In this document: piece by piece, positions 47,857 through 53,778 of the stretch
Position numbering within the stretch: the first letter of the stretch is position 1
Layout: every line of letters starts with the position of its first letter
Origin: an uncultured Candidatus Binatia bacterium
GTDB lineage: Bacteria > Desulfobacterota > Binatia > Bin18
Assembly (NCBI GenBank): GCA_965200965.1
Contig: OZ241744.1
Location: 32,001-96,000, forward strand
Reading direction: 5' to 3'
Length of the DNA stretch: 64,000 nt
Translations under genes and position numbers: made by a program
The notes under the pieces: generated by a model
What the model was told of the DNA's origin: nothing
What the model saw: the letters and a program-made list of their open reading frames with translations, nothing else
Database searches by the model: none

Positions 47857-48480
47857 TCACGCCTGTGCCTGCACAAACTCTACCGCGGCCTGGGCCGCGG
47901 CCCTCTCCTGTCCCCAGAAAAAATGGTCAACCCCGGCCAGTGTCACCAGCTTTTTGGGATCAGGCATCTTCTCGACCAGCTGTTGCAGTTCGGGGATGGG
48001 CGAGAAGGTGTCCGTATCTCCGCTGATGAGCAGCGTCGGCTTGTTGGCCGTCAGCAGAAACGACGGGTCCCGAAAGCCGACCGGCAGGGCCACGCCAATC
48101 AGCACACCCACCCGCTCATCCTCAGCCCCGGCGCGCAGCCCGACGAGAGAGCCGAATGAATACCCGGCGACAACGACCCTGGACACCGGCTGGCGGGTGA
48201 GCAGGGCGGTGACCGCGGCTTTGACATCTTCAACCTCAGCCTCGCCCTCGCCGTGGCTGCCCCCGCTGTGGCCCACCCCGCGAAAATTGAAGCGCAGGGT
48301 GGCAAGTCCGGTCTCCTGAAACGCCAGGGTCAGGGCCGACACCACAGTGTTGCGCATCTCGCCGCCGTACTGTGGGTGGGGATGACAGATCACCGCGCCG
48401 ATGGACGGGGCGGTGGGCGGCGATGAAAACAGTCCTTCGAGGCTGATATCTCCAACCGGAAACGTCATCTGTTCTTCCAC
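47857..48480 (-). CDS. alpha/beta hydrolase
   Basis: HPHPQYGGEM, RFNFRGVG, GYSFG, DHFF. Confidence 0.9.
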   Translation of the reverse strand: MEEQMTFPVGDISLEGLFSSPPTAPSIGAVICHPHPQYGGEMRNTVVSALTLAFQETGLATLRFNFRGVGHSGGSHGEGEAEVEDVKAAVTALLTRQPVSRVVVAGYSFGSLVGLRAGAEDERVGVLIGVALPVGFRDPSFLLTANKPTLLISGDTDTFSPIPELQQLVEKMPDPKKLVTLAGVDHFFWGQERAAAQAAVEFVQAQA

Positions 48481-48586
48481 GGCTTCTCCTGTTCATAGAC
48501 CCTGGTGTAGCACGCTCCGCGGCCGGCTGAAAGGACGGGTGCGCTTGTCAGCCGGGGTGTGTTGGCCTAGTCTGCACGCTGCTGCC

Positions 48587-49153
48587 ATGTCACATCCGCT
48601 GCGCCATACCCCCGAGTCCGTCCGATTCCTGGCCGACCGCACGGTCGGCAAGCTGGCCCGCTGGCTGCGCATCCTGGGCTATGACACCCTGTATTGGCCG
48701 CAGCTGACGCCGGTCGGCCTGCTGGCCGAGGGCCGCCGCCAGGGACGGGTGATCCTGAGCCGCAACACCCGCATTCTGCAAGGACGGAGCGTCTCGCCCT
48801 CCTCTCGGTCTGATGAGACGCGCCGGCCTTGGGTCAAAGACGCGCCGGCCTGTGTCTTCATCCGGCCCGCTCATTTCCGCCAGCAACTCAAGCAGGTGGT
48901 TGAAACGCTTGGGCTTGAGGTGACAAGCGCTGTGCTGAACCGCTGTGTGGCGTGCAATCAGGTCCTCCAGGCGGTCTCCAAGGCCGAGGTCGAGGCCCGG
49001 GTGCCGGCCTATGTGTGGCGCACCCAGTCGGCCTTTCGGCGCTGCCCCGGGTGTGGGCGTATCTACTGGCCGGCCAGCCACCGGGATCATATTCTGGCCG
49101 AGCTTGAGCGGCTGGGCTTGGCCGCGGCGACCGAAACGCGAGCGGAAAACTGA
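48587..49153 (+). CDS. Mut7-C RNase (PIN-like) domain protein containing a 17-aa palindrome-derived insertion
   Basis: FLADRTVGKLARWLRILGYDT, RCVACN, CPGCGRIYWPASH. Confidence 0.9.
   Translation: MSHPLRHTPESVRFLADRTVGKLARWLRILGYDTLYWPQLTPVGLLAEGRRQGRVILSRNTRILQGRSVSPSSRSDETRRPWVKDAPACVFIRPAHFRQQLKQVVETLGLEVTSAVLNRCVACNQVLQAVSKAEVEARVPAYVWRTQSAFRRCPGCGRIYWPASHRDHILAELERLGLAAATETRAEN
48780..48830 (+). repeat. 51-bp palindromic element, copy 1 (in frame in the Mut7-C gene)
   Basis: AAGGACGGAGCGTCTC-19 nt-GAGACGCGCCGGCCTT; 47/51 identical to the reverse complement of 49258-49308. Confidence 0.9.
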
Positions 49154-49590
49154 TGGCTGATCGCTGGGCCGGCTACTGGTTGTTGTGGGATGGGGGGTGA
49201 GGCTTCTGCCGCGGCTTTGTCGCTTGGGTCAAGCGACACGACCGGGCCGGTGTCATCGAGGACGGCGCGTCTCATCAGACCGAGAGGAAGGCGAGACGCG
49301 CCGTCCTTCGGGCTGTGGCCTGGCAGGACGCCCCCCGGCCGCCTGTGACGGATGAGTTGGCGCAGCGCTGTCGGCAGGCCCTCCATGTGATTACGCCGGC
49401 CGGCGAGACCTTGGCCGCCGGCCGGGCCAGTCTGTGTGTGCTGGGGCTGATCGGCTATCCGCGCTTGGCCCGTCTGGCCGGGCTACCGCCCTTCATCTGG
49501 GCGGTTGAGGCCGGCTACTGGCTTGTGGCCCGCAACCGGCGGTGGCTGAGCCGGGTGCTGTATGGCAAAAGCCAGCCCTGCCAATACTGA
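49153..49590 (+). CDS. DCC1-like (DUF393) thiol-disulfide oxidoreductase, candidate selenoprotein (UGA at codon 16)
   Basis: ATG overlaps the Mut7-C stop; MADRWAGYWLLWDGG-U-GFCRGF continues in frame to GYWLVARNRR; the UGA occupies the first Cys of DxxCxxC. Confidence 0.8.
49218..49238 (+). promoter_or_regulatory. bacterial SECIS-like hairpin
   Basis: TGTCGCTTG-GGT-CAAGCGACA perfect stem with a G-starting loop 26 nt downstream of the TGA at 49198-49200. Confidence 0.7.
49258..49308 (-). repeat. 51-bp palindromic element, copy 2 (inverted, in frame in the DCC gene)
   Basis: AGGACGGCGCGTCTC-19 nt-GAGACGCGCCGTCCT, a perfect 15-bp stem; encodes EDGASHQTERKARRAVL. Confidence 0.9.
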
Positions 49591-49652
49591 TGCGCGTCCT
49601 TAAAAGGCGTGATCGTGTCGCCTTCCCCTTGACCAGATGACACATTCACGCC

Positions 49653-49949
49653 TCAGTGCGACGGCGAGAGGGAGCGGGCGAGGCGTTCGGGAGAGAGGGC
49701 TTTTTCCAAGGGTCGCATGATCTGGCGTTCGACGGCCTGCCCGATATATGCGCTGCACGCCAGCCCCACAAGCCGCTGATATTGTTCGTGGGATATCTCC
49801 CCGCTGTCGCGGAACCTAGTCATTTTCCGGAGAAAAGCCCCGACATCTCTTGTGCTCAGTGAGCGGGGCTGGGGTGACTGTCCGGCTCTGGGACGCGGCA
49901 GGCGGTACGGCCGTAGGCGGGGAGCGTATGGCTTTGTAGCGTGTTTCAT
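49653..49949 (-). CDS. hypothetical basic protein, copy 1 of a duplicated gene
   Basis: Near-identical to 52640-52939, including about 60 bp of downstream flank. Confidence 0.6.
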   Translation of the reverse strand: MKHATKPYAPRLRPYRLPRPRAGQSPQPRSLSTRDVGAFLRKMTRFRDSGEISHEQYQRLVGLACSAYIGQAVERQIMRPLEKALSPERLARSLSPSH

Positions 49950-50041
49950 GGCTGTTCCGTCGGTCAATCGCGTGTTGTCTCCACCTTTGTCGCTGGTGTA
50001 GAGGAGCGGGGCGAGGGCCTGTGACACACCGCGTCGAGACC

Positions 50042-50425
50042 TTATGCAAGAGGCTGGGGTAACAAAACCGGCCTGGAGTGTTCGGCCAACTCCGCTTGCC
50101 AATCAAGGATGTCATCGCTCGGCCAGCCGGTAATGTTTGCGTGTCCAGGAGGGGTGTTGTCATACTCGACGCTCAGACCGCCAGGTCTCTCTGGGACAGC
50201 GTGTGTCGCAAGAATAGCCCACCCGTGCAATTTCTTTCCTCTGTCGCGCGCAACGGTTACGCCGCACTCTTCTGTGCGTTCATGCGGCCATGTATTGGTC
50301 CGAAACACGGAGACCTTGCCTTGGTGGGGTTGAAAGAGTTTGGCTTTCACGCCGGTCGCAGGCATCTTGTTCTTTTCCACGACAAATCGGGTCAGGGGTG
50401 GGCTGTCCTGGAGGCGTCCCATCAC
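50042..50425 (-). CDS. hypothetical protein, possible ADP-ribosyltransferase/RES-like toxin
   Basis: LTRF...LFQP..KVSVFR...LSVEYD..GHANITGWP (R-S-H spacing); abuts the upstream gene; low GC. Confidence 0.55.
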   Translation of the reverse strand: MMGRLQDSPPLTRFVVEKNKMPATGVKAKLFQPHQGKVSVFRTNTWPHERTEECGVTVARDRGKKLHGWAILATHAVPERPGGLSVEYDNTPPGHANITGWPSDDILDWQAELAEHSRPVLLPQPLA

Positions 50426-50893
50426 CTACCTGTCCTTTTCCTGTATCTGCGCCAATTTGGTAAAGCAGGGATCAATCAAATCTGCAATCTGATCCTCCCA
50501 AGCCCCAAGGTTTTTTGAGCGCGCCGTTCCATAAGTGCAGACATAGGCAACTGTTCCGTCCGGGTCAACCGTGAGCAGCAGCCGCCCATCTTTTTCAAGC
50601 ATCCATTCAAAATATACCCCTCCCTTTTCGGTCGCGCTCACGTCCGGGGCAGGAAGAGCAAAACAGTCTGCCGGGAACTGGTCAATCAGTTGGTGCGCAT
50701 ACTCTACCGCTTCGGGCGCGGCTGCTCCGTCAAACTCTGCTCCAATCTCCCCTTCCAAAAGTGCCCGGACCTCCCCCTCTTGGCGTTCTCTCTCCCTCTG
50801 TTCTTCCTCACCAGAGGAGAAAAATCTACTCACAGGCCGCATAGGAAGAGACCCTGGACAGGGTTCTTCCTCGGACATTTTGGATTCACTCAT
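50426..50893 (-). CDS. acidic hypothetical protein, possible antitoxin
   Basis: PAPDVSATEKGGVYFEW..LLLTVDPDG; its stop is directly followed by the start of 50042-50425. Confidence 0.6.
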   Translation of the reverse strand: MSESKMSEEEPCPGSLPMRPVSRFFSSGEEEQRERERQEGEVRALLEGEIGAEFDGAAAPEAVEYAHQLIDQFPADCFALPAPDVSATEKGGVYFEWMLEKDGRLLLTVDPDGTVAYVCTYGTARSKNLGAWEDQIADLIDPCFTKLAQIQEKDR

Positions 50894-50977
50894 GCTCAGG
50901 CCCTCTTCAGTTTGTGCGGTTTTATAGCCTGTTATGATGATCACACCGTAATGGCGCAATCCTACAAACTCTTTCTA

Positions 50978-51097
50978 CTGATGCCGACCCGCTGTCAACC
51001 CCCCCGTGGGGAAGCGGCAGGGGGGTGTCGGATGACGCTGTGCTACCCCGACCTGCGCGACTGGCTTGTGGCCCGCAACCGGCGGTGGCTGAGCCGG
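50978..51097. repeat. composite spacer 1: TTGACA-containing repeat + REP-like hairpin + 38-bp exact copy of the DCC gene 3' region
   Basis: 50978-51025 resembles 51990-52034; 51060-51097 is identical to 49517-49554. Confidence 0.85.
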
Positions 51098-51139
51098 TTC
51101 GTAGCGGGGGCAGGAGAGCGGGGCGGGTGAGGGCAGGAC

Positions 51140-51712
51140 TTACTTTGCTTTTTCCAAATCGGCGTAGGTCATAATTTTGTGATCTTGAACATCGAAGAAG
51201 TGGGCGAGCCAGCGCTGATAAAAACGAATATGGGCAAACTGACTTCTATCGTAATCCATAGCGCGTAGTAATTCGTTGTGGCACATCATATCAAGGACCC
51301 GATGGACTGGCGGTTCATCCGCCTCGATCCCAAGACGGTGCGCTCGAAACTTGGTGAGGGAGTGCATATCTCTCGGTTTTTCGGCCATTTCCATCTGCTG
51401 CTCAAGTTCGATAAATCGACGACACAAATCATCGTGGAGGCGGGCCGCAGGACCAGTCCCGACAACAAGGTCAATGGTGAAAAAGACAGTCACCAAGGCC
51501 GCGGCCAGGGAAGGGTAAAGCGTGCCCACATCGTTCAGCAGGGTAACGACCGTTGCCGAGCCAAAGATAACACCTAGCGCACTGGTGACTTGGCGGAAGC
51601 GGTCAAAGAACATCCGCCGCCGGGCGTGATAGCGAATGGACCGCCGAACGCCGAAAAGCAGGGCGTGCCACTCAGTATCGGGTTGATTTTGTGTTACGGT
51701 GTGGCCACTCAT
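51140..51712 (-). CDS. SLATT-like 2-TM effector protein
   Basis: LLFGVRRSIRYH..FFDR, two TM helices, AARLHDDL..FIELE, IEADEPP. Confidence 0.65.
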   Translation of the reverse strand: MSGHTVTQNQPDTEWHALLFGVRRSIRYHARRRMFFDRFRQVTSALGVIFGSATVVTLLNDVGTLYPSLAAALVTVFFTIDLVVGTGPAARLHDDLCRRFIELEQQMEMAEKPRDMHSLTKFRAHRLGIEADEPPVHRVLDMMCHNELLRAMDYDRSQFAHIRFYQRWLAHFFDVQDHKIMTYADLEKAK

Positions 51713-51754
51713 GACACTCTTCCCACATGTAGGATTGAAAAATTGACTTCCTGG

Positions 51755-51979
51755 TTAGTTGCTGTCGTCACCGTCGTCTTTCGGGGGTGGAGGTGGGAGG
51801 GTATCGCGTATTGTTTCTGTACGAGGCTTGTTGCTGTGACGAAATTCCTCGTCAATTCTTTCTCTGGGGCGGTCCTCGAGGGTTTTCTCTTTTTCTGCCT
51901 CTCTTTCTTTGAGGCGGTCCTCGAGGGTTTTCTCTTTTTCTGCCATTCGCTTTTCCTTTCTACGGGTTATCTTGAGCAT
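51755..51979 (-). CDS. small charged disordered peptide with an internal repeat and PPPPPK motif
   Basis: AEKEKTLEDR occurs twice (32-bp exact repeat, 45-bp period, 51868-51944); lies directly upstream of the SLATT-like gene. Confidence 0.55.
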   Translation of the reverse strand: MLKITRRKEKRMAEKEKTLEDRLKEREAEKEKTLEDRPRERIDEEFRHSNKPRTETIRDTLPPPPPKDDGDDSN

Positions 51980-51989
51980 ATCTTACTCG

Positions 51990-52132
51990 CTGATGCAAAC
52001 CCGTTGTCAACCCCTGTGGGAAAGCGGCAGGGGGCGTATCGGATCAGCGTAGCGTGATCCGATACGCACGACTAGCCTGTCTGGCCGGGAGGCCGGCTAT
52101 TGGCTTGTGGCCCGCAACCGGAGGTGGCTGAG
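51990..52132. repeat. composite spacer 2: TTGACA-containing repeat + perfect REP-like hairpin + degenerate DCC 3' copy
   Basis: GCGTATCGGATCA-GCGTAGCG-TGATCCGATACGC (52034-52067); 52089-52132 matches 49507-49550 at 42/44. Confidence 0.85.
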
Positions 52133-52140
52133 GGCAAAAG

Positions 52141-52575
52141 CTAGCCCCGCCAATGCCGGACGCCGTAGCCGGCCCCAAAGCCGCCAGCAAAAGCAGCAAG
52201 CACTTGGACAATCTGTTTATAGAGTTCTTTGTCAGCCGGTGCCAAGTAGAATGTCAACAGGCCGAACGAGAGAAGCACAATCAGGATGTAGACCAGCCTG
52301 TAGCGCCGGTCGGCCTTGGAGTACTCGAATGATCGCTCATCGTTCCTGCCGTCGTTCTCGATGAGTGTAGTGATATGGTCTTCGGTGAGCTTTTCGAGTA
52401 CGGGATTACGGGCGGGACCAATTGTTCCTGCAATAACTTGCTCAAATTGCTCTTCTATGACCTGTCGAGAAGCTGGGACAGAAGCCTCTTCTTGTCCGGG
52501 AGATTCTTGCTGCTCGCCCTCTGGGGTTGGTTTCGTGAGCGAACTATCAGGGCTGTCCGTGGGCTTGTCAGCCAC
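52141..52575 (-). CDS. 2-TM membrane protein (DUF2335-like architecture)
   Basis: Acidic disordered N-terminus, GPARNPVLEKLTEDHI, two C-terminal TM helices ending GGFGAGYG. Confidence 0.6.
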   Translation of the reverse strand: MADKPTDSPDSSLTKPTPEGEQQESPGQEEASVPASRQVIEEQFEQVIAGTIGPARNPVLEKLTEDHITTLIENDGRNDERSFEYSKADRRYRLVYILIVLLSFGLLTFYLAPADKELYKQIVQVLAAFAGGFGAGYGVRHWRG

Positions 52576-52639
52576 CGCTGGGCGTCCTTAAGAGGCGTGA
52601 CCGTGTCGCCTTCCCATCAGCCAGATAACCATTCACGCC

Positions 52640-52939
52640 TCAGTGTGACGGCGAGAGGGAGCGGGCGAGGCGTTCGGGGGAGAGAGCTTTTTCCAAGGGT
52701 CGCATGATCTGGCGTTCGACGGCCTGCTCGATATATGCGCTACACGCCAGCCCCACAAGCCGCTGATATTGTTCGTGGGATATCTCCCCGCTGTCGCGGA
52801 ACTTGGTCATTTTCCGGAGAAAAACCCCGACATCTCTTGTGCTCAGTGAGCGGGGTTGGGGTGACTGTTCCGCTCCGGTACGCGGCAGGCGGTACGGCCG
52901 TAGGCGGGGAGCGTATGGCTTTATGGCAGTCTGTTTCAT
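52640..52939 (-). CDS. hypothetical basic protein, copy 2
   Basis: GAGGA RBS; paralog of 49653-49949. Confidence 0.65.
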   Translation of the reverse strand: MKQTAIKPYAPRLRPYRLPRTGAEQSPQPRSLSTRDVGVFLRKMTKFRDSGEISHEQYQRLVGLACSAYIEQAVERQIMRPLEKALSPERLARSLSPSH

Positions 52940-52947
52940 GGGTGTCC

Positions 52948-53223
52948 TCAGGCTGTGCGCGGCGCGGTGCGGCTGATCACGCGGCTCTCACGTTCCTGAA
53001 ACCGTGTGCGTAAATCCCGGCGCAGGCCGTAGAGCGGAATGCCGCCCGGGGTGAGGGGCGACCGGATAAACAGGTCCTGATGTGCCTGGATGTAGGTCTG
53101 GACTTGCTCCGGGGAGAGGCCGGTCTGTCTGGCGATGCCCCCCGGAGTGCGCCACAGGGAGCGGGGGCCACAAAAGGCATTCACCAGCTTCGCCCCAATG
53201 GGATCAGTAAACAGTTCATTCAT
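52948..53223 (-). CDS. small protein, possible winged helix-turn-helix
   Basis: AGGAGG RBS; WRTPGGIARQTGLSPEQVQTYI; ATGA overlap with the upstream gene. Confidence 0.6.
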   Translation of the reverse strand: MNELFTDPIGAKLVNAFCGPRSLWRTPGGIARQTGLSPEQVQTYIQAHQDLFIRSPLTPGGIPLYGLRRDLRTRFQERESRVISRTAPRTA

Positions 53224-53567
53224 GGTGACTCCTCCTGTTGAGAAAGGCACTCGGGTTTAACCCGCGTGGTGATGATGTCCGCGAGCGCATCCTGAAACCC
53301 GTCGCTGTTGATAAACTCCTTGAGAGGCGTCACGTCTTCGTACAGATTGCGGGGCCGCCAAACCGTAATCCCTGCAACGACGAGGATCACGATCAGGAAC
53401 ACGATTATCATCAGTACAACTACATAAAATTGGTGGTCCGCACTGAGTTGAGAATTGATGACGACTAAGCCGATAATGCCTTCAATAACCAGCAAGCCCA
53501 CGGTGAAAAAGATCAGTGGATTGCGGACCTGAGTGAGCAACTTGGCTGGATTCTGTCCCACCGTCAT
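53220..53567 (-). CDS. 2-TM membrane protein
   Basis: VRNPLIFF + two hydrophobic helices + RPRNLY; CTGACC-17 nt-TAGAAT promoter candidate at 53648-53620. Confidence 0.7.
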   Translation of the reverse strand: MTVGQNPAKLLTQVRNPLIFFTVGLLVIEGIIGLVVINSQLSADHQFYVVVLMIIVFLIVILVVAGITVWRPRNLYEDVTPLKEFINSDGFQDALADIITTRVKPECLSQQEESP

Positions 53568-53778
53568 TTACGGTTGTCCCGTCGGTCAATCTCGCGTTGT
53601 CTCCCCCTTTGTCCCGTTCATTCTACTCCCCCCGCGTCGCAGGGTCAGCAGTTTTCCCCATGAAATATTCTTATCGGCTAGCATCAGCGCGTCTTATCAA
53701 AGCGGGCACTACGGGGAATGCGGGGACTTGGGGGAGGGGCGAAGGTCAGGGGAATCCCGGAATCATATGAGTCGGGGT

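Noticed and set aside
48810-48850. CTGATGAG in the palindromic element as a hammerhead ribozyme core
   Set aside because: No stem II followed by GAAA and no stem III or cleavage triplet can be built; the second copy has the motif antisense.
49507-52132. Three copies of an approximately 40-bp repeat as a CRISPR array
   Set aside because: Spacing is 1-1.5 kb with whole genes between copies, the repeat is coding sequence of the DCC gene, and there are no cas genes.
49594-53650. Classical integron attC sites between the small genes
   Set aside because: I could not find RYYYAAC...GTTRRRY-bounded imperfect palindromes after the stop codons, and no intI is present.
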